Part shown: piece after piece, positions 21,185-32,056 of the stretch | How positions within the stretch are numbered: the stretch's first letter is position 1 | Layout: each line of letters opens with the position of its first letter | DNA from: a plasmid | Reading direction: 5' to 3' (one strand) | DNA length: 64,000 nt | Sequence record: NZ_CP040051.1 | Notes under the pieces: model-generated | What the model was told of the DNA's origin: nothing | The model's database searches: none | Seen by the model: only the letters and a program-made list of their open reading frames with translations | Made by a program: the position numbers and the translations under genes

Positions 21185-23446
21185 ATGACTGATTTAGTTA
21201 TCGTAGAGTCATCTAATAAGGTTGACTCTATACAGGGCTATCTAGATAGCCTTTTTGGTCGAGGTAAATTTAAAGTTTCATTTAGTAAGGGCCATATACG
21301 TGACTTACCCAAAGACTCACTAGGATTAACTGCCGAATATACACCTAACTATGTGTTTAATGATTCTGGTGCAAGTCGTGTAAGAGAGCTAAAAGCATTA
21401 GTTGAGAAATCACAAAAAGTATATCTTGCTACGGATCCGGATCGAGAAGGTGAGGCTATTGCATGGCATCTTAAAACGGTTCTCCGGCTTAACGAAAATT
21501 ATGGTCGAGTTACATTTCAGGAGATTACAAAGACAGCAGTAGCACAAGCTATGGGTAACGAGCGTAAGTTAAATATGCAAGTTGTTCAAGCACAAGAAAC
21601 ACGAAGAATTCTAGACCGAATTATTGGATACATTGGAACACCGGCTTTTACTTTAATATGTGGTGAAAAACAGATTGCTGGTCGAGTTCAAAGTAGTATC
21701 GTATGGTATCTAGTCGATCTTGAAAATAAGATCAAACAATTCTCGTCAGTTTTGCATTTTGGTGTAACTTTCAATTTTGGTTCTGTAGATGAGTCTTGGG
21801 AAGCAAAATGGGATACATCAAATTTCATAACTAAGTTAGATCCTTTTGTAATTGATCGAAAGCTTGCTGAAGAAGTTTCAAAATTACGTGAATTCACTGT
21901 AGAAACTTTTGAAGAAAAACCAGAGAAAAGCTCTCCACCGGCTCCTTTTACAACTCCTACTTATCTACGGGCCGCACACGTTCAATTAAAACTTAAAACG
22001 AAAAGAGCAATGGAAATTGCTCAAAAATTATTTGAAGATGGCCATATAACATACATTCGTACTGACAGCCCAAATTTAAGTGATGATGCCATTCAAGCTA
22101 TTCGTGAATTTGCACTGAAGAACAAATTACCTATACCGGCAACACCACGAAAATTTAAATCTAAAGCTTTGGCTCAAGAAGGCCATGAAGCTATCAGACC
22201 GACTGATTTTAATCAATTAAAAGTATCAGATGATTCAACCATTCAGGCGGTATATCAAATGATCTGGTTGCGTTCAGTGGCTTGTCAGCTTGATGATGCG
22301 ACATTCACAGCGCGTATTGTCCGTATGAAAGGTCGCCAGTTAGTGCAAGGTCGAGAAGTCTTTGTTAAAGCTCGTGGACGTAAACTAATTGATCAAGGCT
22401 GGTTACGACTTACAGCAAAGCTAAACTTTTCTGAAGACGAGAATGAAGATATTCCGGAAGACGCTGCACAAGAGTTGAATAATCCAGTGCCGTTATTACA
22501 AAAGGCAGGGAATTTAGTTGCATTAAAATCAGATCTGAATGAGAAAAGAACCGAACCCCCACGTAGGCATTCTGAAGCTAGTCTCATTAAGTTCATGGAA
22601 GATGTGGGTATAGGTCGCCCATCAACTTTCGTAAGCATCGTTTCTAAAATTATTGATCATGGTTATGTACACTTAGACAGTAAAAATAAAATACATGCTA
22701 CTGATCTGGCTCAAAGATTGGTTGGGAAAATTTCAAACCAATTTGAATTTTGCAATCTCAAATATACAGCAGAGTTAGAAGGAAAGTTGGATCTCATTGC
22801 ACATGGTGAAAACATTGGTAAGAGGCTATTAAAAGAGACACATCTCAAAATTGAAACCCAAGCAAAAGAGTCTATTAAAAATTTAGATCAAGGTGGACCT
22901 AAACAATATTGTTCTAAGTGCTCAGAACAATTGGTGAATATGACAAGTGCGAACGGTAAGCCTTATTTCAAATGTACAAATTTGAAGTGTGGTCACATGA
23001 TGATGAATCAAGATGGGATAGCAATTGATAGAGAATCGCTTACATCAGAATTTAAGTGCATTGTGTGCGAGAGTGGCCTAATTTCGCGTTCAGGCCAAAA
23101 TGGTGAGTTCTTTGGATGCTCAGGTTTCTTCAAGAAGAGAAATAAATGTACAGCCAGTTATCAAAAGAAACCAGACGGTACACCTGACTATCAAGCATTC
23201 CTTGCCAAAAGGGAGCTGAAGGAATCTAAGCAAGAACAAGGTGAAAAACCTGTTCCTAAAAATACAGAGAAAAAGGAAAAAGAATTTAACTGTCCGGAGT
23301 GTAAAGCTCTACTCCAACAACGTACTGGTAAATCAAAAACAACAAACAAGAAGTGGGAGATTTGGTCGTGTTCTTCCCCTAATTGTAAAAATGAATATTG
23401 GGGTGAGCGAAACAAACCAATTTTCGATAAAAAGATCGTTAAATGA
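21185..23446 (+). CDS. topB: type IA DNA topoisomerase (Topo III/Topo I-like) with C-terminal zinc-ribbon repeats
   Basis: N-terminal Toprim LVIVESSNK, ATDPDREGE (DxD), and the active-site region. C-terminal CxxC...CxxC zinc ribbons (CSKCSEQ...KCTNLKCGH; CIVCESG...CSG). AAGGAA RBS before the ATG at 21185. Confidence 0.75.
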   Translation: MTDLVIVESSNKVDSIQGYLDSLFGRGKFKVSFSKGHIRDLPKDSLGLTAEYTPNYVFNDSGASRVRELKALVEKSQKVYLATDPDREGEAIAWHLKTVLRLNENYGRVTFQEITKTAVAQAMGNERKLNMQVVQAQETRRILDRIIGYIGTPAFTLICGEKQIAGRVQSSIVWYLVDLENKIKQFSSVLHFGVTFNFGSVDESWEAKWDTSNFITKLDPFVIDRKLAEEVSKLREFTVETFEEKPEKSSPPAPFTTPTYLRAAHVQLKLKTKRAMEIAQKLFEDGHITYIRTDSPNLSDDAIQAIREFALKNKLPIPATPRKFKSKALAQEGHEAIRPTDFNQLKVSDDSTIQAVYQMIWLRSVACQLDDATFTARIVRMKGRQLVQGREVFVKARGRKLIDQGWLRLTAKLNFSEDENEDIPEDAAQELNNPVPLLQKAGNLVALKSDLNEKRTEPPRRHSEASLIKFMEDVGIGRPSTFVSIVSKIIDHGYVHLDSKNKIHATDLAQRLVGKISNQFEFCNLKYTAELEGKLDLIAHGENIGKRLLKETHLKIETQAKESIKNLDQGGPKQYCSKCSEQLVNMTSANGKPYFKCTNLKCGHMMMNQDGIAIDRESLTSEFKCIVCESGLISRSGQNGEFFGCSGFFKKRNKCTASYQKKPDGTPDYQAFLAKRELKESKQEQGEKPVPKNTEKKEKEFNCPECKALLQQRTGKSKTTNKKWEIWSCSSPNCKNEYWGERNKPIFDKKIVK

Positions 23447-23466
23447 TCAGAATTTGAGGTGAAATC

Positions 23467-23850
23467 GTGGATATAGTAAATACATTGAAAGCATACTCAT
23501 TGAGTGAGAAACAATATTTTCAGATCAATAGTATTCTACTGCTGGTTCTCGTAATTATATTAGGTGTTCTTGCTAAAGGCTCCTACAATGGTGTGCTGAC
23601 AAGCTTGAAGGTATCTCTGTATATACAATGTTTTATTTGTATTATGATGCAAGTCGTAGCAGTGATGGCAAATAAAACTTCACATATAAAATATTTATTA
23701 CTTGGTAGTTATTTTTTCCTTTTCTGTACAACATTTTATTTAGATAACTTCTTTTATGGGAGTACTGCCGGATTTTTTGTGAGATTCTTATGTATCTACA
23801 GTATTTTACAAGGCTGTTTTATTATCTGGCTTTATGAAAAAAATAAGTGA
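23467..23850 (+). CDS. hypothetical membrane protein (127 aa)
   Basis: Multiple hydrophobic helices. Confidence 0.3.
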   Translation: MDIVNTLKAYSLSEKQYFQINSILLLVLVIILGVLAKGSYNGVLTSLKVSLYIQCFICIMMQVVAVMANKTSHIKYLLLGSYFFLFCTTFYLDNFFYGSTAGFFVRFLCIYSILQGCFIIWLYEKNK

Positions 23851-23898
23851 ATATATTTATACAGTCTTATACTATGTATAAGACTGTAAATAAATCTC

Positions 23899-24303
23899 TT
23901 ATAAAGATTTGATATTTTTTTTGTAATTATTGTCCTTGAATTTTAAGTGCTCAGTATATAATGCATCTTTTATTTCAAGACCTTCATAAATTGAAATGAA
24001 ACTGTCCCTTTTAGCCTTATTTAAAAGTTCGCGCACGGACTTGTTGTCTTTAAATTTTAAGTAATCTTCATTATTCATTAAAATATCAAGATTTTCTTGA
24101 GATAATGGTAACTTCTTTAAATCCATATCAATGCATTCATTGAATATTTTTGTATCGAGTTTAATATTATCTTTAAGTTTATATGAAAAGCGTTTTGAAA
24201 ATGACTTTTCCTCTTCATAATCATTTTCTTCAATATTTAATGTTTCCTTACATCTATCTTTAATTGCATATATTGTCTGAAGGTCAAGTATTTGATAATC
24301 CAA
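23899..24303 (-). CDS. hypothetical protein (134 aa)
   Basis: ORF only. Confidence 0.3.
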   Translation of the reverse strand: MDYQILDLQTIYAIKDRCKETLNIEENDYEEEKSFSKRFSYKLKDNIKLDTKIFNECIDMDLKKLPLSQENLDILMNNEDYLKFKDNKSVRELLNKAKRDSFISIYEGLEIKDALYTEHLKFKDNNYKKNIKSL

Positions 24304-24512
24304 ATTCTCATCATTAAAGGTGTTTACCGATTCAAAGCTATTCTTAAAGGATGCGTTGAGATGTTGATATAGCAGTTTTTCAGAGATTTGTGATTTAGCT
24401 ACAAGATATTCTTGTCAGTTCCACAAATAAATCAGAGTTTACACAAATAAACTAGAGCAAGAATAAAAAGTATATTATCTATAAGCTTTAATTTTTCATT
24501 TTGTAAAAATAT

Positions 24513-26300
24513 ATGCCTGTTAATAATGATAAAATAACGACTATTGATTGTTTCCCAAATGATAATATTAGTCGAGTGGTTTATCGATATGGTGGACTCG
24601 TTCGAAACGAAGATAACGACTCAACTAATCCTTTTGTTGAAGTGTTATTAATTGAGATTAGAAAAAGTGATCAATGGTTATTTTTAGATAAGTGCTCAAC
24701 ATTCCTTGTTCCCGTACTTGATCTTGATGCTGTTCAACATGGCAGTATTTGGGACGGGAATGTTCTGACCAATTACACTTATAGATTTTCAGGAAAACTC
24801 ATCACAAAACGATTTTCTTTCGACTTCAGCAATAATAAACCGAGGAACATAAAACTTTCAGACAAAATTCCGGATACGTCAGAGTACTACATTCCATTAA
24901 AAAACTATTTTCTTCCCAATAAAGTTGATTATGTTCTACAAGGCTATCCATTCACTAAATACACCAATGATTCATATCGGAAAGTGAATCACTGCTTAAT
25001 GCATTCTAATGATGGAACTCAAGTCATCACTTCCTCAATCCATATTTTGCATAGCTTATTCGTCAATCGGAAGGATATTCGGGGACTCTTATTAAGCACT
25101 TCAGGCCAATCTATCATTAACCGCTTTTTAGAATCTTATACAACAGAAGTTGAGAATGATAATATTGAATATAAAATAAAAATCAGAAAGCCATATGAAG
25201 ATATTGGCGAAACAGCAATTATATTTCTGGCTAATCTAGCCTTAAATCCATATGTGCAGACGATAGTCGATAAAATTCAACGAAGTATGGAAGTTACTGA
25301 GTTTCATCATCTTCAGCATGGCACAGGCATAAGATACCCCATTGTATATCCGCCACATCCTACAAAGCTTTTTCTTGAAGCAGAAGGAATTTGGCTAGAT
25401 GACAATAAGACACGTTTTTTTATTACTAGAGTGAAAAAATTTGATCCTATTAACGATCACATGATTGATGTCAATAAAGACCTTACCAATACTGTTTCAA
25501 AAACTGATGAAAAAAACCCTCGTCCTCGTGAAAAAAGTCAAAATAAAAATGAGCATATCAATACACAAAAACCACCATCAAGAACAAGCGGTGAATACCG
25601 TAAGCGTTCTGATGTGGAAACTGGAAATACACAAAATATTTTGAAGTATTCTTTTAATGAACCAGCCAATGACCCAATTGAAGTTGGCACATCCAATCAT
25701 CCATATTCAGATAAATCAGAGGATGTTGAAACATCATCTGATGAACCATATGGCAATAAAAATACTAAAACTAAAAAGTCTGAAACAACTGATAATCCGC
25801 CTAGCAGAGATGAACGCTTTGATATTCAATATATTATTCAATCACTTAACCATTTAACACTAGATACAACCTCTCCATTAGAACGTGTGTATTCAATTGA
25901 TATATTGGGGAATGAGATACACGGATTCAACTTACTTCAAATAAAGAAACTCGTTCCTCAACCAAAGCATCCATCTTGGATTGATGCAGAATTTGGAAGG
26001 AAATTGTTATTTTTAAAACTGGAATTGAAAGATCAGCATGATCAATATTATTTAATTGATATACATAAAAATAAAAGCCATGAAGCATTCTGTGCTTTTA
26101 TTATCGTGTCACCACATAAGTTAACCCGTGAGCAAATAAAAAATATATGTATAGAGCTTGAGAATGCAAAAGGAATTAAAAAATGGACGCTACGTTGTGA
26201 AAGTTTTACCAAAAAAATTATTTCGATTAAACATTCATCTGCTACTCCCGATGAGTGGAAAAATAGATTTAAAAATTTATTTTCAACATTAATTAATTGA
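24513..26300 (+). CDS. large hypothetical protein (595 aa) with a central low-complexity K/E/S/T-rich linker
   Basis: Long ORF, no recognisable catalytic motif. Two globular regions separated by a disordered segment (about aa 310-440). Confidence 0.4.
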   Translation: MPVNNDKITTIDCFPNDNISRVVYRYGGLVRNEDNDSTNPFVEVLLIEIRKSDQWLFLDKCSTFLVPVLDLDAVQHGSIWDGNVLTNYTYRFSGKLITKRFSFDFSNNKPRNIKLSDKIPDTSEYYIPLKNYFLPNKVDYVLQGYPFTKYTNDSYRKVNHCLMHSNDGTQVITSSIHILHSLFVNRKDIRGLLLSTSGQSIINRFLESYTTEVENDNIEYKIKIRKPYEDIGETAIIFLANLALNPYVQTIVDKIQRSMEVTEFHHLQHGTGIRYPIVYPPHPTKLFLEAEGIWLDDNKTRFFITRVKKFDPINDHMIDVNKDLTNTVSKTDEKNPRPREKSQNKNEHINTQKPPSRTSGEYRKRSDVETGNTQNILKYSFNEPANDPIEVGTSNHPYSDKSEDVETSSDEPYGNKNTKTKKSETTDNPPSRDERFDIQYIIQSLNHLTLDTTSPLERVYSIDILGNEIHGFNLLQIKKLVPQPKHPSWIDAEFGRKLLFLKLELKDQHDQYYLIDIHKNKSHEAFCAFIIVSPHKLTREQIKNICIELENAKGIKKWTLRCESFTKKIISIKHSSATPDEWKNRFKNLFSTLIN

Positions 26301-26682
26301 TTTTTATTAAATTACAAAAAACTGTCGTACTAAAAATAAGAAAGGTACTTCATAAAGGAGTTGCAAGAATCCTAACCTTTTTTTACAATTCAATAGTTGT
26401 TGAAATATTGAAATATTATTTCTAAAGTAACCGTGCATCGGAAGTTAATATTTCTAGTATTGTTTCCTGTCATAAGCATCAAGGTCTTAGCTAATAATAT
26501 AAATTAGCTCATTTGATACTTTTCAAACTTAATCTCCGTCGATATAAATCAATTAATATCAATATCTTGAAGATAGGAAATGCATAATCAGTGTTCGTTT
26601 CAAGAATCATTAGCATTATTATTTAAGGTTTAGCTATCCTATGTACTTATCTGATTTAAACGCACAACAAAGGGAACCTCCA

Positions 26683-27486
26683 TTGAATCGAACTAATATT
26701 TTTTTTGGTGAATCGCATTCTGACTGGTTGCCTGTCAGAGGCGGAGAATCTGGTGATTTTGTTTTTCGACGTGGTGACGGGCATGCCTTCGCGAAAATCG
26801 CACCTGCTTCCCGCCGCGGTGAGCTCGCTGGAGAGCGTGACCGCCTCATTTGGCTCAAAGGTCGAGGTGTGGCTTGCCCCGAGGTGATCAACTGGCAGGA
26901 GGAACAGGAGGGTGCATGCTTGGTGATAACGGCAATTCCGGGAGTACCGGCGGCTGATCTGTCTGGAGCGGATTTGCTCAAAGCGTGGCCGTCAATGGGG
27001 CAGCAACTTGGCGCTGTTCACAGCCTATCGGTTGATCAATGTCCGTTTGAGCGCAGGCTGTCGCGAATGTTCGGACGCGCCGTTGATGTGGTGTCCCGCA
27101 ATGCCGTCAATCCCGACTTCTTACCGGACGAGGACAAGAGTACGCCGCAGCTCGATCTTTTGGCTCGTGTCGAACGAGAGCTACCGGTGCGGCTCGACCA
27201 AGAGCGCACCGATATGGTTGTTTGCCATGGTGATCCCTGCATGCCGAACTTCATGGTGGACCCTAAAACTCTTCAATGCACGGGTCTGATCGACCTTGGG
27301 CGGCTCGGAACAGCAGATCGCTATGCCGATTTGGCACTCATGATTGCTAACGCCGAAGAGAACTGGGCAGCGCCAGATGAAGCAGAGCGCGCCTTCGCTG
27401 TCCTATTCAATGTATTGGGGATCGAAGCCCCCGACCGCGAACGCCTTGCCTTCTATCTGCGATTGGACCCTCTGACTTGGGGTTGA
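26683..27486 (+). CDS. strA: aminoglycoside 3''-phosphotransferase APH(3'')-Ib
   Basis: Near-identical to StrA (LNRTNIFFGESHSDWLPVRGGESGDFVFRRGDGHAFAKIAPASRRGELAGERDRLIWLKG...), with the usual TTG start. Confidence 0.95.
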   Translation: MNRTNIFFGESHSDWLPVRGGESGDFVFRRGDGHAFAKIAPASRRGELAGERDRLIWLKGRGVACPEVINWQEEQEGACLVITAIPGVPAADLSGADLLKAWPSMGQQLGAVHSLSVDQCPFERRLSRMFGRAVDVVSRNAVNPDFLPDEDKSTPQLDLLARVERELPVRLDQERTDMVVCHGDPCMPNFMVDPKTLQCTGLIDLGRLGTADRYADLALMIANAEENWAAPDEAERAFAVLFNVLGIEAPDRERLAFYLRLDPLTWG

Positions 27487-28322
27487 TGTTCATGCCGCCT
27501 GTTTTTCCTGCTCATTGGCACGTTTCGCAACCTGTTCTCATTGCGGACACCTTTTCCAGCCTCGTTTGGAAAGTTTCATTGCCAGACGGGACTCCTGCAA
27601 TCGTCAAGGGATTGAAACCTATAGAAGACATTGCTGATGAACTGCGCGGGGCCGACTATCTGGTATGGCGCAATGGGAGGGGAGCAGTCCGGTTGCTCGG
27701 TCGTGAGAACAATCTGATGTTGCTCGAATATGCCGGGGAGCGAATGCTCTCTCACATCGTTGCCGAGCACGGCGACTACCAGGCGACCGAAATTGCAGCG
27801 GAACTAATGGCGAAGCTGTATGCCGCATCTGAGGAACCCCTGCCTTCTGCCCTTCTCCCGATCCGGGATCGCTTTGCAGCTTTGTTTCAGCGGGCGCGCG
27901 ATGATCAAAACGCAGGTTGTCAAACTGACTACGTCCACGCGGCGATTATAGCCGATCAAATGATGAGCAATGCCTCGGAACTGCGTGGGCTACATGGCGA
28001 TCTGCATCATGAAAACATCATGTTCTCCAGTCGCGGCTGGCTGGTGATAGATCCCGTCGGTCTGGTCGGTGAAGTGGGCTTTGGCGCCGCCAATATGTTC
28101 TACGATCCGGCTGACAGAGACGACCTTTGTCTCGATCCTAGACGCATTGCACAGATGGCGGACGCATTCTCTCGTGCGCTGGACGTCGATCCGCGTCGCC
28201 TGCTCGACCAGGCGTACGCTTATGGGTGCCTTTCCGCAGCTTGGAACGCGGATGGAGAAGAGGAGCAACGCGATCTAGCTATCGCGGCCGCGATCAAGCA
28301 GGTGCGACAGACGTCATACTAG
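27486..28322 (+). CDS. strB: aminoglycoside 6-phosphotransferase APH(6)-Id
   Basis: Near-identical to StrB (MFMPPVFPAHWHVSQPVLIADTFSSLVWKVSLPDGTPAIVKGLKPIEDIADELRGADYLVWRNGRG...). Start overlaps the strA stop. Confidence 0.95.
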   Translation: MFMPPVFPAHWHVSQPVLIADTFSSLVWKVSLPDGTPAIVKGLKPIEDIADELRGADYLVWRNGRGAVRLLGRENNLMLLEYAGERMLSHIVAEHGDYQATEIAAELMAKLYAASEEPLPSALLPIRDRFAALFQRARDDQNAGCQTDYVHAAIIADQMMSNASELRGLHGDLHHENIMFSSRGWLVIDPVGLVGEVGFGAANMFYDPADRDDLCLDPRRIAQMADAFSRALDVDPRRLLDQAYAYGCLSAAWNADGEEEQRDLAIAAAIKQVRQTSY

Positions 28323-28876
28323 ATATCAAGCGACTTCTCCTATCCCCTGGGAACACATCAATCTTACCGGAGAATATCGTTGGCCAAAGCCTTAGCGTAG
28401 GATTTCGCCCTCTCCCGCAAACGACCCCAGGAGGAAAGGGCATGAAGAAGCCGAACCAAGACGACGAGCCGTTTTTCATCACCGAGGAGATTGCGGCCGA
28501 AATGATCGCCGGCGGCTATGAGTTCGAGCTGCCGCCCATTCCTTGCACCATCCGCCTACGCGACGTGCTGGAGCGCATGACCGATGCTGAGCTAGCATTG
28601 CAGCCGGGCGAGATCGCCGACCAGGAGCGTGAACGCTGCCGGCGCAAGCCGTGTTCAACCTCATGATCTGGTCATGGTATTTTTCATGGCACTGAGCCTG
28701 ATAGTTCTTGCAAATTGTTGTCACTAAAGGGTTTTGTGTGCTTGTTTACAATCGAGTGGGAGTGACGGGCACTGGCTGGCAATGTCTAGCAACGGCAGGC
28801 ATTTCGGCTGAGGGTAAAAGAACTTTCCGCTAAGCGATAGACTGTATGTAAACACAGTATTGCAAGGACGCGGAAC

Positions 28877-30370
28877 ATGCCTCATGTGGCGGCCAGGACG
28901 GCCAGCCGGGATCGGGATACTGGTCGTTACCAGAGCCACCGACCCGAGCAAACCCTTCTCTATCAGATCGTTGACGAGTATTACCCGGCATTCGCTGCGC
29001 TTATGGCAGAGCAGGGAAAGGAATTGCCGGGCTATGTGCAACGGGAATTTGAAGAATTTCTCCAATGCGGGCGGCTGGAGCATGGCTTTCTACGGGTTCG
29101 CTGCGAGTCTTGCCACGCCGAGCACCTGGTCGCTTTCAGCTGTAAGCGTCGCGGTTTCTGCCCGAGCTGTGGGGCGCGGCGGATGGCCGAAAGTGCCGCC
29201 TTGCTGGTTGATGAAGTACTGCCTGAACAACCCATGCGTCAGTGGGTGTTGAGCTTCCCGTTTCAGCTGCGTTTCCTGTTTGCCAGCCGGCCCGAGATCA
29301 TGGGGTGGGTGCTGGGCATCGTTTACCGCGTCATTGCCACGCACCTGGTCAAGAAAGCGGGCCATACCCACCAAGTGGCCAAGACGGGCGCGGTCACCCT
29401 GATCCAGCGTTTTGGATCGGCGCTCAATCTGAATGTTCACTTCCACATGCTGTTTCTCGACGGTGTGTATGTCGAGCAATCCCACGGCTCAGCGCGTTTC
29501 CGCTGGGTCAAGGCGCCGACCAGCCCAGAGCTCACCCAGCTGACGCACACCATCGCCCACCGGGTGGGTCGCTATCTGGAACGGCAAGGCCTGCTGGAAC
29601 GGGATGTCGAAAACAGCTATCTGGCCTCGGATGCGGTGGATGACGACCCGATGACACCCCTGCTGGGGCACTCGATCACTTACCGTATCGCTGTCGGTTC
29701 ACAGGCGGGGCGAAAGGTGTTCACTTTGCAAACTCTGCCGACCAGTGGTGATCCGTTCGGTGACGGGATTGGCAAGGTAGCCGGGTCCAGCCTGCACGCC
29801 GGCGTGGCGGCCAGGGCCGATGAACGCAAGAAGCTCGAACGGCTGTGCCGGTACATCAGCCGCCCGGCGGTATCCGAGAAGCGGCTGTCGTTAACACGAG
29901 GCGGCAACGTGCGCTACCAGCTCAAGACGCCGTACCGGGACGGCACCACGCACGTCATTTTCGAACCATTGGATTTCATTGCAAGGCTGGCCGCCCTGGT
30001 ACCGAAGCCCAGAGTCAACCTAACCCGCTTCCACGGGGTGTTCGCACCCAACAGTCGGCACCGGGCGTTGGTCACGCCGGCAAAACGGGGCAGGGGCAAC
30101 AAGGTCAGGGTGGCTGATGAACCGGCAACACCAGCACAACGGCGAGCGTCGATGACATGGGCGCAACGGCTCAAGCGTGTTTTCAATATCGACATCGAGA
30201 CCTGCAGCGGCTGCGGCGGCGCCATGAAAGTCATCGCCTGCATTGAAGACCCTATAGTGATCAAGCAGATCCTTGATCACCTGAAGCACAAAGCCGAAAC
30301 CAGCGGGACCAGGGCGTTACCCGAAAGCCGGGCGCCACCGGCTGAGCTGCTCCTGGGTCTGTTTGACTGA
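28877..30370 (+). CDS. ISCR2 (IS91-family, rolling-circle) transposase, 497 aa
   Basis: IS91/ISCR transposase features: zinc-binding CxxC pairs (CESCHAEHLVAFSCKRRGFCPSCGARR) and HxH motifs. 497 aa and adjacent to the glmM fragment and sul2, as in the canonical CR2 context. Confidence 0.85.
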   Translation: MPHVAARTASRDRDTGRYQSHRPEQTLLYQIVDEYYPAFAALMAEQGKELPGYVQREFEEFLQCGRLEHGFLRVRCESCHAEHLVAFSCKRRGFCPSCGARRMAESAALLVDEVLPEQPMRQWVLSFPFQLRFLFASRPEIMGWVLGIVYRVIATHLVKKAGHTHQVAKTGAVTLIQRFGSALNLNVHFHMLFLDGVYVEQSHGSARFRWVKAPTSPELTQLTHTIAHRVGRYLERQGLLERDVENSYLASDAVDDDPMTPLLGHSITYRIAVGSQAGRKVFTLQTLPTSGDPFGDGIGKVAGSSLHAGVAARADERKKLERLCRYISRPAVSEKRLSLTRGGNVRYQLKTPYRDGTTHVIFEPLDFIARLAALVPKPRVNLTRFHGVFAPNSRHRALVTPAKRGRGNKVRVADEPATPAQRRASMTWAQRLKRVFNIDIETCSGCGGAMKVIACIEDPIVIKQILDHLKHKAETSGTRALPESRAPPAELLLGLFD

Positions 30371-30545
30371 CGAGCCTGAAGGCCAACGATACCAATCAAA
30401 ATGCTGCGTTCACAGCGCCGCGGCAGGGATCCGCCGTGCTGGTTGTCGGAAAAGGAGCCGCTAGTGGGAAAGAGGAGGGTAAATTTTCAGCGTTGCTGGC
30501 TCCCCGTCAGCCGGATTGGGTTGCATCGCAGGGGTGTCGAAAGAG

Positions 30546-30848
30546 TCAACTGCGGTCCAAAGCTGTTGGACTTGGGTGAAAAGGGCGTTTATTCTTCCTA
30601 TACGTTGTCGGCAGCGGGCCAAAAAGGAATACGTCCATGCCCATCGAGGTGAAACCGGCTGTGAGCGCGGGTTCAAGCATATAGCCCGACAGGCGCGTAT
30701 CCTTGCCGATCACGACACGATGGCGGTGGTCACCGCGACGAAAGACACGGCCAGCCGCCATGCCGACGCGCAAGGCGGTTTCCGCCGTCATCGCGCCTTC
30801 GTTGGCTTTGCCACGAATACCGTCTGTGCCGAAATATTTGCGCACCAT
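30546..30848 (-). pseudogene. glmM: phosphoglucosamine mutase GlmM N-terminal fragment
   Basis: [36 protein letters not shown]... is the GlmM N-terminus, truncated. The classic remnant between CR2 and sul2. Confidence 0.8.
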
Positions 30849-30934
30849 AAGGTCGATTATCCTGTCGTCGGGTCGCCCTCAAAGGGGACATGCCTGCTGA
30901 ACCGCGAATATAGAGAAATATCCCGAATGTGCAG

Positions 30935-31750
30935 TTAACGAATTCTTGCGGTTTCTTTCAGCGCCGCCAATACCGCCAGCCCGTCGCGCAAGGGGCGCGG
31001 CTCGTGTGTGCGGATGAAGTCAGCTCCACCTGCGGCGGCGGCAAGCTCTGCAGCGAGTGTCGCGGCCCCGACATCCCCCGGACCACGGCCTGTGAGCGCG
31101 CGCAGAAAGGATTTGCGCGAAACAGACAGAAGCACCGGCAAATCGAAGCGCAGCCGCAATTCATCGAACCGCGCCAGCACCGAGAGCGAGGTTTCGGGAG
31201 CAGCCCCCAGAAAAAACCCCATGCCGGGATCAAGGACAAGGCAGTTGCGTTTGATACCGGCACCCGTCAGCGCCGCGATGCGCGCGTCAAAGAACGCCGC
31301 AATGTGATCCATGATGTCGCCAGCGGGTGCCTCGCGCCGATCTGCCTGCCCGTCTTGCACCGAATGCATAACGACGAGTTTGGCAGATGATTTCGCCAAT
31401 TGCGGATAGAACGCAGCGTCTGGAAAACCGCGAATATCATTGAGATAGGCCACACCACGCGACAAGGCATAGGCTTGCGTCGCGGGTTGATAACTGTCGA
31501 GCGAGACGGGAATGCCATCTGCCTTGAGCGCGTCCAGCACCGGCGCGATACGCGCGATTTCTGTGTCGGACGAAACAGGCGCGGCGTCGGGATTGCTGGA
31601 TGCCGGACCGAGGTCGATCACATCTGCCCCCTCGGCCATCAGCTTACGCGCCTGCGCAATGGCTGCGTCTGGCGCCAGATACCGGCCTCCATCGGAGAAA
31701 CTGTCCGAGGTTATGTTGACGATGCCGAAAATGATGAGCGATTTATTCAT
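30935..31750 (-). CDS. sul2: sulfonamide-resistant dihydropteroate synthase Sul2
   Basis: 271 aa, MNKSLIIFGIVNITSDSFSDGGRYLAPDAAIAQARKLMAEGADVIDLGPASSNPDAAPVS... near-identical to Sul2. Confidence 0.95.
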   Translation of the reverse strand: MNKSLIIFGIVNITSDSFSDGGRYLAPDAAIAQARKLMAEGADVIDLGPASSNPDAAPVSSDTEIARIAPVLDALKADGIPVSLDSYQPATQAYALSRGVAYLNDIRGFPDAAFYPQLAKSSAKLVVMHSVQDGQADRREAPAGDIMDHIAAFFDARIAALTGAGIKRNCLVLDPGMGFFLGAAPETSLSVLARFDELRLRFDLPVLLSVSRKSFLRALTGRGPGDVGAATLAAELAAAAGGADFIRTHEPRPLRDGLAVLAALKETARIR

Positions 31751-32056
31751 GGGGGCTTCTATAATAATAATAATCGAGCATGAGTCTCATACGGATGCTC
31801 GGGTCGAAAGGGAATCCCCAGGCGAGTAACCTGTTTGCGGTGATCCATTAGCTGCAGGAGCAGAATAGCATACATCTGGAAGCAAAGCCAGGAAAGCGGC
31901 CTATGGAGCTGTGCGGCAGCGCTCAGTAGGCAATTTTTCAAAATATTGTTAAGCCTTTTCTGAGCATGGTATTTTTCATGGTATTACCAATTAGCAGGAA
32001 AATAAGCCATTGAATATAAAAGATAAAAATGTCTTGTTTACAATAGAGTGGGATAA

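Noticed and set aside
26641-27486. Extended strA ORF starting at 26641 (MYLSDLNAQQ...)
   Set aside because: The extension lies in AT-rich backbone DNA upstream of the junction. Canonical strA uses the TTG at 26683 (LNRTNIFF...).
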